Positions 36,350 to 48,569 of a stretch of 63,360 bases of DNA are shown piece by piece; within the stretch, counting starts at the first letter, position 1; each line of letters opens with the position of its first letter. This stretch comes from Tubiluchus corallicola. Its lineage: Eukaryota; Animalia; Priapulida. The stretch is taken from positions 186,001 to 249,360 of the forward strand of contig JAQGDQ010000343.1 in assembly GCA_030141605.1 (NCBI GenBank). Reading direction: 5' to 3'. The notes below the pieces were generated by a model. The model was not told the DNA's origin and did no database searches. It saw nothing but the letters and a program-made list of their open reading frames with translations. The translations under genes were made by a program, and so were the position numbers.

Positions 36350-36530
36350 TTACGTAACGAAAGACGCTAAGCACATCTGCACAGATCAGCGCTTGCAATA
36401 TGGCGGATCTCGGCGTCCGCTGGCGTGTTGACGATCAGCAAGTTGGCGCAAAATGCGAAACGGAAACCATAACGAAATGTTAGATTGAGCGTCTTTCTTG
36501 TTCGTGCTAGACAAGCGTTACTCTAGTGGT
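36350..36530 (-). promoter_or_regulatory. Candidate CpG-rich promoter/5' UTR of the piggyBac-derived gene
   Basis: Locally CpG-rich stretch just upstream of the ATG with a YY1-like CCGCCATAT on minus (~36399-36407). Confidence 0.3.
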
Positions 36531-37260
36531 TAATTACTGTGATGGTTATTCGTAAAGCTATATTTAAACTACCAGTACGTAATGGTTTTAGTAAAACAGT
36601 CTGGTTACTGTATAATTACCCTTTTGATTGCTTTGTTGCCTGTCTGATTAGCTTTATTGCTTGACTGGCTGGTTTGTAGACTAGCTATCTATATCAATGT
36701 GTTTGATTTAATTCTAATTAATTGAATACAGAGTGGTACTTTGTACGTCTGCAGGAATCAATTGACAAAAATATGAACATTATTTTCTTATTTATCAGGG
36801 AAATGTTTGCAGTGATGAACATTTTGATAAAAAATATAAAAAAACATGTCATTAAAACAATTACTTATTGCCATGATCCAGAAATATGCAATTTGTTGGT
36901 TAGTGGTTATTTTGTTAAACAGAAGTTAACACTTTAGTTAAATGTATTTATCGTGGCTAGAGCTGTAACTGTTTTTCACTATACATGTATCCCGCCACAA
37001 CCATCCGGACTGGATTCCAGTTTGAAGATTGCAACATTCTCTATCGTGTATATACAATTCTGTCACACTGATCAGTGCCAAGCCTAAGAAACATGCCGGT
37101 GTTTTAGTTCCTTTTCATGCATTTGTAATTATTTGCGCGTATCTGTCTTATCTGTATTTGTATTTATAATTATATGTAATATCCGCGTATTTGTAATTAT
37201 CTATCTTAAATTACTCTTGAATTGCATAAGTGTAATTCTCGGTTTTTTTCTACATTCTAG

Positions 37261-37442
37261 CTGAAGCCTTGCTTGACATGTCACAGTCGGTCCAGTTAGC
37301 ATCGCCCAGTTCCAGCTACATGGGCGTGTCACCGGGTCACAGTCAGACCAGTAGTGCCCTCATAATGCGCTTGCAGTTCTCTGAGCTCGAGAGTCCAGGA
37401 TTCGCCTACCAACCGATGTTCTCTCTCCATTGTAGCAACATG
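37261..37442 (+). CDS. SMPD4: SMPD4 exon following the 32.7-kb intron
   Basis: ttctag| acceptor, phase 1 matches the exon ending at 4572; …SELESPGFAYQPMF (cf. SLEGQDCKYTPMF); |gtaaag donor. Confidence 0.88.
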
Positions 37443-37484
37443 GTAAAGTCTTGCATGCAGTAATTAATCAAATTATGCTAAATT

Positions 37485-37845
37485 CAGGGTTCCCACAGTT
37501 AAGGAAAATCCTTGAAAATACAGGCTAGCCTGGAAAGTCGTGGAAAAGTCGGAAAAAGATAATTTAGTAAAAAGTCAGGGAAAATTATGAAAATGGGGCA
37601 AAAAATAAGGGTAATTAGAAAGGGTTGCAAAAATAATCACCGTGAACTGATATTTTTCCAAACATATTTTTCAGCGATTCGTGTTCAAATGAAATTTTGC
37701 TATGGCAGGTTCCCAATTTCAATTTCTCTTCCAAAAATAATGATTGGATTAAGAAAGTTTATTTAATGTGTTTAGTTTAATTTCGTTAGCACCACTGCAA
37801 CTGTGCCAACACATTATATATCAGTATATGTATGAATGTCCATAC
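37485..37845 (+). mobile_element. Left half of DNA-transposon MITE family D
   Basis: Starts CAGGGTTCCCACAG; body nearly identical to 40497-40828. Confidence 0.7.
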
Positions 37846-38194
37846 ACAAAAAAATCTGAACACATACACACATCTGAAAAATTTTGCACCTCTACTGGGA
37901 ATCGAACACAGGCATGCAAGACGCTCATGAAATGTTTGTTCTGTTGAGAATTGTGTTCATTTGTGATGTCATCACTAATTGGACTCGCTCGCCATTAATT
38001 AAGTTTTTAACCTATTATATTAACTATCAGAAACGCTTTAGCAGTATTATAGGTTTTAAAAGATTCAAGATTTATTTATTTTGCAAAATGGCTAGTAAAA
38101 TGTATACTTTTTACCATACTTCAAAATGGGGTAGGCTACGAAACTCATCCTGTTTTTCTTTAAATGTAATTTTGAATCTGATTTTCATTTTCAG

Positions 38195-38398
38195 ATACAG
38201 CAGTTGCTAGAATACATCACACAGGCGACTTCCAATGTCCAACTGTCAATAGTGGCGCATACACGAGGTGCCAACAAGTCCTGGATGCATTGGCTTCTAA
38301 CGGGAAGTCCTTACAATGATGACTTCAACCTCAATGAAGCCAAACGAGCGGAGATACATCTGGAACATAGCTCAAACCATCTGTGCCAAATGTTCAAT
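38195..38398 (+). CDS. SMPD4: SMPD4 exon
   Basis: tttcag| acceptor, |gtaagc donor, 204 nt; IQQLLEYITQA…HLEHSSNHLCQMFN. Confidence 0.87.
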
Positions 38399-38454
38399 GT
38401 AAGCGCTCCGATTTTTTTGATTTGCATAAGGGAGCATCCATGCAACACCACTTA

Positions 38455-38842
38455 TGTGCTTTTGTATAGCAAAATCGTTCATAAGTCGACAATTGAGTTT
38501 TTCTAGTTATTTACATATCCTGAATCTCCATTTCACGAGGATCATTTTGATACCAAGTTCATTGCTCTATGTTATTTCTAAGCTTAGATAATCTATGTTG
38601 AAGTTGGGGTGCACGCTACACACAGAAAAACGTAATCCTGAGAAAATCACTGTTAAAGTCAGCCATTGTTTTTTGTAGATTTCTACAAAACACTTAGCAA
38701 CTGTAGATATGTTGCTTGCAAGAGCACATTGAAGTCCATAGTTTAGTGTTTAAAACCAATAGATGGCTCTTCCTATGAAAGATCTCGGCTTGGCAACAGA
38801 AAAAACCTGAAGCAATATGAATGCTTCCACGAACTACTATCA
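38455..38842 (+). mobile_element. MITE family A, partial
   Basis: Family A left-half sequence. Confidence 0.75.
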
Positions 38843-39231
38843 TTTTTTTAAAACATGACCAGAAGATGTTACCACAAAAGTGGAATAAAATGTAATTATA
38901 CATTTACATTTAGTTGTTAAGAAAACTGTGCTAGAATGAATTATTTTTAACGGTAGAACAGAAATGAGTATTGTGCTGATGATTAAACCTTGACTCTCTG
39001 GTTCCTGTACATCTAGTAGTAAAACTGAATTTAAAGCGTACAAAAAGCGCAAGTTTATCTGGCACCACGGAACAGTCTAGGTTTCATTACTCCACGTCAG
39101 AATTACAGAAGGAAAGGCAAGATAAATTTAGCTGAAAAGAGACATGCAAATTTATCTAGCAAATGTGCAGCAAAACTATAAACTTTTCCTAAGAAAACAA
39201 GAGTACTTCATGTACCTTTTATCTATTTTAG

Positions 39232-39384
39232 CTTACAAGTCCGAGTTCTGACACGCACACCAAGCAGGTGATTTGGGGGCCAAGTTCAGGAACCGAACAG
39301 GTGACTTCAGATCTTTCCGGGAAGTATCCTGATTGCATCAAGGCAGATGACATGTTACAGTTGACTCCACTTGGTCGTTATCAG
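39232..39384 (+). CDS. SMPD4: SMPD4 exon
   Basis: ttttag| acceptor, |gtaaat donor; …[20 protein letters not shown] (cf. [20 protein letters not shown]). Confidence 0.92.
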
Positions 39385-39529
39385 GTAAATCATAAAAAGT
39401 CAAATGAACTCATGTTAACACTTAAAGAAATATAGCATCGCGACATATGCCTGGCGGAAAGCTTCCCGGTCAAGGATTCGGTTTATTTTTGTTGGAATTT
39501 CTGCCAATAATGAGCACAGCGAATTTTTA

Positions 39530-40269
39530 CAGTAAGTCCTCGCCCAACAACTCCTCATTTAGCGACGTTTCGTTTTAACGAAGCGGAACATTTGACACCT
39601 TTTTTCACTTAACGACGCACGTTTCATTTTAACGACGATTTTTTACCTTGCTGAAAGCCAATTTTCATTTCATCAACAACTTTTTTACTCAATTTGAAGC
39701 ATTAAAGCGGCACATATTGCATTATTCTGCTTTAAAATTGCATTAGTAATGTAAACAGTGCAATTATTATACATGTTTTTGCTTCTCGACTGACAGCTAT
39801 ACCAGCTGCTATTTCTATCAAGCGAGACCTGTGAACAAACTTTGTGGGAAGGAATTCTACCTGCAACCTGTTCTTATAGCAACCAGACTAGGTAGTAAAT
39901 GATACAGTGCTCCGGTATGATAAAATTTCCAATGTCGCCCCAGTGCTTGGCTTTGACTCTGCAGTTCTTATTGTTTAATGGCTGCCTAGGCTTAAACCTT
40001 AATGAAAGAGAAACCGCTAGCTAGGTACGTATTGGTAAGAAAGACAGTTGGTATCAAGCAAGCAGAAAGAAATTAATCAGGTATATAAACCATAAAGAAA
40101 CTCAAAACGTTTAATTTGTATGATTTAAGCAGCATTGATTTTTGCCTCTGGAACGTATCTCAATTCTTTTACATTACTTTCTATGAAAGTCTTTGTTTCG
40201 TTTAACGACGTTTTGCTTAACGTCGCATTTTGTTGGAATGCATTAGCATCATTAAGCGACGACTTACTG
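39530..40269. mobile_element. Tc1/mariner (pogo/Tigger-like) MITE
   Basis: TA|CAGTAAGTCCTCG … CGACGACTTACTG|TA. Confidence 0.8.
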
Positions 40270-40496
40270 TATAATGTTTTTCATATTTGCAGTCTGCAGA
40301 AGTTGTATGTTTAAATTTTCTGTTCATTACTCAAATAATTTTTATTAAACCTTTTTTCTTTTCTGAACAGCTTCATGGTTATTACAGGAAACAAACTGTC
40401 AAATGGCCTAACAAGGGTCTCAGTGAAGAAAGTTTTCAATGAAGAAGGGCAGGGAATACTAAAAAAAACTGCTGAATTAAGTGAATATGAATGCAG

Positions 40497-40947
40497 GTTA
40501 GGGAAAATCCTTGAAAATGCACGCTATCCTGGAAAGTCAGGGAAAAAGGCAATTTGGTAAAAAGTCAGGAAAATGGAGCGAAAAGTCGGGGAAATTGGAA
40601 AAGGTTGCAAAAATAATCACCGTGAACTGATATTTTTCCAAACATATTTTTCAGCGATTCGTGTTCAAATGAAATTTTGCTATGGCAGGCTCCCTGTTTC
40701 GATTTCTGTTTCCAAAAATAATGATTGGATTAAGAAAGTTTATTTAATGTGATTAGTGTAATTTTGTTAGCACTACTGCAACTGTGCCGACACATTATAT
40801 ATCAGTATATGTATGAATGTCCATAGACACAAGTGTTTGAATACGTATACTGCTAATGCAACTTCTGTTTATTCTGGTTATAGAAAATCAATATTTGGTC
40901 GGGGAAAAGTCAGGGAAATTTATTTTAAAATTCTGTGGGAAACCTTG
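40497..40947 (+). mobile_element. MITE family D copy carrying the right TIR
   Basis: Ends CTGTGGGAAACCTTG, the inverted counterpart of CAGGGTTCCCACAG. Confidence 0.7.
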
Positions 40948-41181
40948 AAATTGCTTGGAAGTTGCTGTTGGATTGGGCCAAAGGAAGCTCTAGTTTTTGT
41001 TGACTTGTAAAGCTCTTGGTCCATTAAAAAACATAGACAAGATCTACATGTGTAATTGCAAAATGTTTTAGCCTAGCACAACTGTAGGTTCGACAAACAG
41101 TGCTTTGTTGGTCGTAGCGGCTGACAGTATTACATGGCATTAGTTAAAGGCGTATGTAAATAGCATGAGTGTTTTTTACTA

Positions 41182-41280
41182 GTGAGAGAGAGAGAGAGAG
41201 AATGTAAGCGAGGGAGAGAGAGAGAAAGAGAGAGAATGTAAGCGAGGGAGAGAGAGGGAGAAAGAGAGAACGTAAGAGAG
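41182..41280. repeat. (GA)n-rich microsatellite
   Basis: Direct reading. Confidence 0.9.
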
Positions 41281-41527
41281 TGTGATACATATATATAAAC
41301 AAACATATGTATGTGTGTTATAAATACGGTAATGATTGCACAAACCACTCAGTAACCTGTTAGTTTCCCATTTGAGTTTAGCCTAAAACTCCTACCTGGT
41401 GTACAATTCACGATGGTTTTAGTTTAAATTAGAATTTCAGTTTGGTAAAGAACTGGAATTTACACTGTTAAGCTTTTTATAAAATGGCGCCCAGCTCTTT
41501 TAATTCGCGTTTGTCTTCGTATAACAG

Positions 41528-41656
41528 ATAATGAACGGTTTACGGAAGTTCAACGTCACGTATCGAGGTGATCCTGACTTGCAGCCAATCAGAAGCTTCG
41601 AATGTGCCACGCTCGTACGAGCATTCTACAGGCTCACGTCGGCTATAAATAAAAAG
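41528..41656 (+). CDS. SMPD4: SMPD4 exon
   Basis: [43 protein letters not shown] (cf. [25 protein letters not shown]); AG/GT boundaries. Confidence 0.95.
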
Positions 41657-43180
41657 GTAATGGTTATTAAATATAAAAAGTATTTTTTTCTTGAAAGCGC
41701 GGTAATAATGTCAAAATCAATGCAAACCACAAATGCAATGATGTAGTTAATCGGTTTTGAATAGTTATAAATGATTTTAAATCTGAGGTTTTTTTATTGG
41801 AAACTTTATACAACACAAAAAAGTCTGCAAAACAGTTCCAGATGTGTAGAGTTTTGGCTATGAAGCACATCAGTGCAATGCTAGCATTTTTGTCGTGATG
41901 GGCCGAGTCGATTAGTGATCGGTGAATGAACGGTTGTGTTCGGTGAACCGTGAAATATTTAAAATCAGTTGAAATCAAGTTGTTTATCTTCCACTGGTTA
42001 GCAGTAATGTTTTAAATTTTTTCAATGCACATTTTTTCACGCTTTGTTTACTTTCGCATTACTAAATTATCATATAATTATCGATTATCGTATAGTCTGT
42101 CTTTTGTATCATGATGTTGTTCTGACAATGATCATACAAGACGGCAATACTAGCCGAGAGTTAGCCGTGCAAAAACATGGCCGCGTCTTGTGTTCCCCGA
42201 AAGAACGATGTTATAATAATTTTATAATGTTATAATAAAGAACGATGCTTTAGATTTAAAAAATACACTTTTATTTGACTGATGACTGACTGACTCTTTA
42301 CAGCTCAAGTCAATCTATTATCTTTCTTCCTACCATTTCCACTAACACATCCTTCTACCCTTCCTGTGTGATCTAACCTTTCTCCCAGTTCTTTTTTTTG
42401 TTCACTCATCCATTCTTTTTTTATCAGGTTCACATGACATGTGGCTTATACAAGCCTTTGCTTCTCTAGCCCACTGCAGTACAATTATTCTTTTATGATA
42501 ACGATAGTGTATGAAACATAACAATTTAATACAGTATGATGTAATGATTTTGATGTCACTGTGTGCATAACGTCATTATATTGTACTGAATGTGATAATA
42601 ATAAATAAATAAAAAAAAACTGCGTCAAGTAAGTATATGAACTTACAAAAAAAAAATTATAAAATTCCCGGTTGGGTAAGCCATCAATTATTGATCAGTT
42701 CGGTAAAATAAAAATTGCTGACTTTATAAGATTAAATGTAAGAATGAATTATTAAAAAAATTATCGCAAATGTTTTGAAGCATACTGTTATGATCAAGTT
42801 ATTTGTGAAGGCAACTACGTTTCGTTCAATTGCTTCCCAATCAGATCCCACACTTAAAAGTCAACAGCCAAAAACGCACATCAGGTTGAGCATTTCAGTC
42901 CCGTTGTTGAGTTTGGATAATCCAAACTGTTTTCAACTTTGTTAGACTTTCTGTATCTTTGCAGATGAAAATTGTTGCCACCTAATGTAGAAATCGTTAG
43001 TCAATGTAGTTCAGCAAAATTTCAAAATTGCAATGATTTCCAGTGAAAATTCCGTTTCCTTTTGATTTTACTTCATTCATAAAATTAATGAAGTTCTGAA
43101 AATGAAATTTATTTATACTAATAAACGAAGTTCATCATTGAATTTTCATAGATAAAATAATTGATAAGAAAATAGTTTAA

Positions 43181-43728
43181 AGGAAAACCGGACGATTGTT
43201 TAGACTCAATCTCATTTCAATTTACTGTCCAAAATATACATTTTCTTGCTTATAAAACTTAGCAGTTGTTTCCTATATTTAAATAATTAGCTTGGAAAGT
43301 TAATTAACGGCAACCAAACACAGCTATTGCTTACGTCAGAAACTAACCACAGTTGGTGCAATGGCAGGTGTCTTCCCTTGTGCGTCAAGCGTGTTTGCAG
43401 AAGTGTTACAGTACTGCTTAAACACGTGATGTCACGAAAATGGACTCTACGTCATATGACGTCAGAAACTAATACTGCAGTTCATGATCATGGTTATCAC
43501 GGTACCACCTTCTATTTGTCGGCCACGCGATTATGACAGAAAGACGTCACCAGTAATCTTAGTAGACTCACTGAGCTGTGTGTAGCTTTAAAAGTTTAAC
43601 AAAATTTAAGTATCTGAAGTAATTATTATTTAATCTAAGCTTTGATTTAAAATAAGATATTGTAGTTTTCAACATTTTAGAGCATTATTTATTCTGAACT
43701 CGTGTTTTCACAATCGTCCGGTTTTCCT
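43181..43728 (+). mobile_element. MITE family C (Kolobok-like), full length
   Basis: Perfect 19-bp TIR AGGAAAACCGGACGATTGT, TTAA on both sides. Confidence 0.88.
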
Positions 43729-43793
43729 TTAAAACTAAATTTTGTTTTAGATCGGACTGATAATTTTGATACAGCGCAATTCTCTTCTTGTAG

Positions 43794-44120
43794 TTTACAT
43801 CTCAGATCTCAGACTTGTACTACCGACACGACCTGAAGGCATTGTTTATTCGACCGTTTCTGCTTCCACCAACTGCAGCTAACCTTCCGACGGATCCCCC
43901 AGGTTCTCCACCGCCGTTGCATCAGCTGCCTCCGCGACTGAGTCTGAGATTTCTCGCCAGTTACCGCATCGTAGTCAACGTCTCGCTACTGATGCTGGTA
44001 ACGTATTTGTGGGGTTACGGACCATTCACGTTCCTCCTCGTGCTCTGCTCTTTTCTTGTGCTGTACTTGATGCTGAAAGTCGTGTCGTCACGGTTACCGC
44101 AACATCATTACGAGCAATGA
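43794..44120 (+). CDS. SMPD4: SMPD4 last exon with C-terminal hydrophobic anchor
   Basis: ttgtag| acceptor; …PRLSLRFLASYR (cf. PRLSLRFLGSYR), hydrophobic tail, TGA. Confidence 0.94.
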   Translation, partial: FTSQISDLYYRHDLKALFIRPFLLPPTAANLPTDPPGSPPPLHQLPPRLSLRFLASYRIVVNVSLLMLVTYLWGYGPFTFLLVLCSFLVLYLMLKVVSSRLPQHHYEQ

Positions 44121-44312
44121 TGAATGTGTGTCTACACGTAAGCCAGTAAGCGCAACACAAAGCAGCAACAATACTGCCAGCTGCAAACGAGACCAGAAGG
44201 CTGTTCAAACACGGAATTTTTCAATCGTCCGCTGCTCTTTGCAACATGATTTTGAATGAGAAATGCCAAATGTTATAAAACTGAAAAAGTGGGTAAAAAG
44301 TTAAGCAGAAAT

Positions 44313-44963
44313 GTGAGCTTGTCTAGCAAAATCGCCCATAAGTCAGAAATCAAGTTTTTTAGCTATTCACATATCCGGAATCTCCATTTCATGAGGATCA
44401 TTTTGATACCAAGCTCATCGCTCTATGTTATTTCTAAGCTGAGATAATCCACGCTGAAGTTGAGGCGCACACAACACACTGAAAAAGATAATCTTGAGAA
44501 AATTGTTGTCTCTACAAAACACTTGGCAACCGCACAAAGGTTGGTTGCTACGGGCTTTGCAAGAGCACATTGAAGTTATTTTGAGATCCAGTAGATGGCT
44601 CTTCCTGACGAAAATCTGGGCTTGGCAACAGAAAAAACCCGAAGCAAAATGGCTGCTTCCACAAGCTACTATCAGAGTTTGAAAATAAAAGTTTACAAAT
44701 ACAATTGCAGTACTAGTTTCTGCACCAGACCTGCACTAGTACCAGAAAAGTGTTCGGGAGCCATAAAATTAAATTTTTAGTATTTTTAAACATTTTCTTG
44801 ATAATTTGATGCTATAATATAAAAGTCCAATATATTTAACATTTGTTTTTAGAAAAAACGAAAAATCGACACTTGACCAAATTTTTGGGTAATTCTACTT
44901 TGAAACATCATAAGGTAGTTTTAACTATTCCGACTTATGGACGGGTTTGGCTTGCAAACACAC
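44313..44963 (+). mobile_element. MITE family A, full length, in the probable SMPD4 3' UTR
   Basis: AAAT|GTGAGCTTG … TGCAAACACAC|ATAT. Confidence 0.85.
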
Positions 44964-45145
44964 ATATGTAGAGATTGTTCGTGAAAAAGTTTGAACAACA
45001 GAACAATTGGCAATGTTGAGATTTGCATCCACGCCGGAGATTCACCAGGACTTGTTCCGAGTTTTTCCGATGGAAATATGCCTGTAAATATTCGTATTTT
45101 TGTATCTACATGTATTTATTACAGTCACTAAAATTACGTTTTTTG

Positions 45146-45151
45146 AATAAA
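45146..45151 (+). terminator. Candidate SMPD4 polyadenylation signal
   Basis: AATAAA downstream of the MITE. Confidence 0.4.
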
Positions 45152-45182
45152 AACGTAAGAGTGATATAACGTTACATTGTCT

Positions 45183-45188
45183 TTTATT
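45183..45188 (-). terminator. Candidate SART3 polyadenylation signal
   Basis: AATAAA on minus ~500 nt after the SART3 stop. Confidence 0.45.
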
Positions 45189-45680
45189 TATCATTTTGTC
45201 GACTGTACAGCGTCTTAGTACTTACAAATCTTGTGTCAAATCTGCATTGACAAAGTAGAAGAGCAAAAAAAACAAACAAGATATTTACACAACTTTCAAC
45301 AAAGTTTCATAACTTACAATAAAGGAAACGAAATATCAGAAATTTCCTTGCTGAAGATGAAAAGACCAACAGACATGCATTAATAATAATAAAACGTAAC
45401 AAAGTGTCCTCTGCAAGAACTACATTTCTTGCACGCTTCCGTCCCGAGAATTCTCTAAATCAATTTTCCCTTTTCGCTACCTGTATGTCCAGAAAGGGCT
45501 TCGCAAATGTACACATTTCCCCGAATGTGAGCACATCGTTATTATAACATAATGATAGCGAATTTAGTCCAAATAAAGAGTGTGTCTAATATGTAAGTCT
45601 TTTGATACAATGACAGTTCTAAACAAAATTTCAAAACTGAATTGAACTGTGTGCTAAATAGCAAAGAAAAAAGAATTTTC

Positions 45681-45867
45681 TCAGCTCATAAACATCTTCC
45701 GGAAATCCTCGTTCGTCATTTTTCCCGTGGGCTTTGGTTCCGATTTCGGTTCATCCAACTTTTCTTCTCTTTTCTCTCCTGCAGAGGAACTCGTCTCGGC
45801 GGTTGCTTGATGCTTTAAAGCTCTTGGCACCATGCCAAGTGAGACTTGTGTCCTGCCTCGACCGCGG
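45681..45867 (-). CDS. SART3: SART3 (U4/U6 recycling factor, Prp24) last exon
   Basis: RGRGRTQVSLGMVPRALK…KMTNEDFRKMFMS*, the Lsm-interaction motif (cf. RGKGRTQLSLLPRAL…MSNADFAKLFL). Confidence 0.93.
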
Positions 45868-46125
45868 CTGAAACAAAAGACATTGATGTATGATCGTGAC
45901 AAAAAACAGTTAAGTTCTGCAAGTACATCAATGATATCGTTCCTTGACATGTCCTACTCACTATAAAGCGGGTGGCCTTCAATATGCACGCAGAAATGGC
46001 TCGTTCAAAAACGTAACATCTTTATACTTATCACTGCTGAATCTGTATTAGTTGCAGCTGCTGATGATGTCACATTCATCTTAAACGCCTATTTGCCACA
46101 TGTCCATAATTGTACATGATTATGA

Positions 46126-47040
46126 CAGTCAAACCTACTTTGGAATTACAAATAAAGATGGCATTAACGCCCGAATTTGGCGTTACATGACAATGACATA
46201 AGGTGCATTAAAGCAAAAGTCAAGTTTCTCGGGAAGTTGAGCTTATTTTAATATTTGAGAAAAACGCTAGAAAGTTTCAGCAATGAAACTGTGAAAAGCA
46301 CCTCGTGTAATTAGTAAAATCAATTTAAAGTTGCCGTCACTTTACGCTTGGGGGCGCTCATTTTAGACGGCGTCATCCGGTTTCCGTGCAATATAAACAC
46401 TTATCCCGCCAGGTGCTTCAGAATCTTTTTTAACTTATAGAGCAGCGAACTCTATAAACTAAGTAACCAGCCCGGTACCTACTACGTGCTGGCAAGTTTA
46501 CATGCGTATCTAAAAGTCAACAAAAATCTGTAAATTAATTATTTGCACAATAAATGTTAATTAATTACACATTTTAAGGTGTAATCTTGTAGATTAAAGC
46601 AATGTAACCACTTTAAATTTGATCATAATTGATCGAATGACTAATTTCTAGATAAACACAGTTAAACACAACATTAGAATAACAGAACTTCTAAGCAAAC
46701 TGTAGAAATTTCTCAACGCGTACCTTCATCACAGCTTGCCTTCACAGCATTCACGCTGCCCAGCAGACTCCATCTTACGTCACTTTTTTTTAAATATGCC
46801 GGCATCAACGTTTGTTTGGGAGATAAGAAATATTTAAATTTCTTTTACATTTTAAAAGAATTCTATGCGCATATATTGTGTGGTGATTTCAATATTTTTA
46901 ATTGTACATTAAAATGTAATGAATGCTGTTTGAGGGTTGATTCTTCCTTTAATACACACATGTCTATGCAAATATAGACATTTTGTTTTGCTAATAATTT
47001 GTTCAGTAAACAAGGTTGGCATTATAATGAGGTTTGACTG
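46126..47040. mobile_element. Tc1/mariner-like non-autonomous element
   Basis: TIR CAGTCAAACCT … AGGTTTGACTG|TA. Confidence 0.6.
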
Positions 47041-47232
47041 TACCTATGTGACTAGACAACGATCGTCTTGTACTGTTTAAATGCATCCCTCTTTATGGAC
47101 ATATTGCACCATGAGGATGAGGAACAACCAATCGCTTTCTGTAGTGTTTTTTCCACAACGGTTTGAAGAAAAATGATCACGTGACAACTGTTACCAGTAG
47201 CAAGTGACTTAGCAAAAACCTACTGTACATGA

Positions 47233-47351
47233 GTCTACGGCCATATCACATTGAAAACACCGGTTCTCGTCTGATCACCGAAGTTAAGCAATGCAGAGCC
47301 TGGTTAGTACTTGGATGGGTGACCGCCTAGGAATACCAGGTGCTGTAGGCT
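47233..47351 (+). rRNA. Full-length 5S rRNA sequence, probably the head of a SINE3-like element rather than a cluster gene
   Basis: GTCTACGGCCATA…GAAGTTAAGCAA…GTTAGTACTTGGATGGGTGACCGCC…GCTGTAGGCT; no T-run terminator follows. Confidence 0.85.
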
Positions 47352-47723
47352 TGCGGGATGCCCGCACTGTATCTTGACACTAGGCGGAGGAGCTGTGCAA
47401 GCAGCCAACGGCTAGAGGGCGAAGGAGGTCAAGTGACCCAACGGCCATGTGTAGAGGAGTAAACCTTCCAAATCAGGAGTGCAGCCCCGAAGGTGGACCA
47501 ATGCAGCATGCTCACTGACTCCGGCAGCCAACCTGGTGCCAAACGTATCGCTCCGCTTTCCTTTGGACTACACCAGGGAGGAAGAGAGGGGGGGTTCCTG
47601 TTGTCTGGGCAACTCAGGATCTCCATACACCTTGTGCGCCCTGGAAAAGCCACTCCAGTGGTTCAAGGATCGGACTGCTCAGCCACAGTCGACGCTGCAG
47701 CTCCAGCCTCTTGCGTAACTTTT
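47352..47723 (+). mobile_element. GC-rich body fused to the 5S head, resembling an RTE-clade LINE 5' UTR
   Basis: Abrupt GC rise; CTGGTGCCAAACGTAT…CTTTCCTTTGGA and CTTGTGCGCCCTGGA recall RTE leaders (from memory, not searched). Confidence 0.45.
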
Positions 47724-47936
47724 CCTGCAGCTATTTCTCAGGCGTTTATACGCACATGGCTGAACAATAACACAATGGCACTATTGGACATCTGGTAAAA
47801 GTGCTCTCTTTGCTTTAAACATATTTTTATTGAATAAGAAATATTACATGGCACAATATATTCATACGCAAATTTGTTTCGGGGCTTTTGCTTGAACAGA
47901 CAGTTTTTAATGGCATCTTTAATGTGCTGTCTTTAA

Positions 47937-48401
47937 AGGGAAGGAAAGGGAATTTTAAAATAAGTCTCAAAAAACTCCATGCACAAATTAATTCACTTTC
48001 TATTACACTTATCTGTTTGAAAGGAAAATTGTTAGTAATTTAAAATGTTTGTGCCAAGTGGTAAATGTCACTGTTTCACTATCCCAGTGTGCACCACCGA
48101 TTCACCAAAACACATTACTAATCTTATTGACAATATAAAGTAATTTAAACTTTTGCTTAATTAGCGAAGAATGCTCTGATTATTTTTTCAAACTTCACAT
48201 AATGTTATCTAAACTTGTTTCAAATAACTTATCGTCAAAACGGCTGCGTCTGAAGGTCATCGCGGGAGTTCAAACGTTTACACGTTTTATACAGCCTTAC
48301 TGCCGATGCAAGTCCTGTATGCAATAAGGCAGTGCGTAGGTAACAGAAATTTCAAGACGGATGTTTTCAGTTCTATGTAAGAAATAGTGTTTTCTTATAC
48401 T
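47937..48401. mobile_element. MITE family B, degraded
   Basis: TTAA|AGGGAAGGAAAGGG … TTTTCTTATACT|TTAA. Confidence 0.6.
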
Positions 48402-48569
48402 TTAAGCCTAAACCTGCTTAAGTAAAAGCTTAAGCTTGCCACTGCTAATAACTTATTAATGAACCGTTTCCAAAAAGGTATCAATATTATAAGTAATTGT
48501 TTTCAATTTTATGCACATAACGAGCATTTTCAAACTTCACGGATTTATTTGCCATCTTGTTCAACTTAC

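Noticed and set aside
26924-36398. Active autonomous piggyBac element
   Set aside because: Five introns, substituted catalytic aspartates and no recognisable TIR/TTAA ends
47233-47351. Canonical 5S rDNA cluster gene
   Set aside because: Single copy, no oligo-T terminator, fused to a GC-rich body
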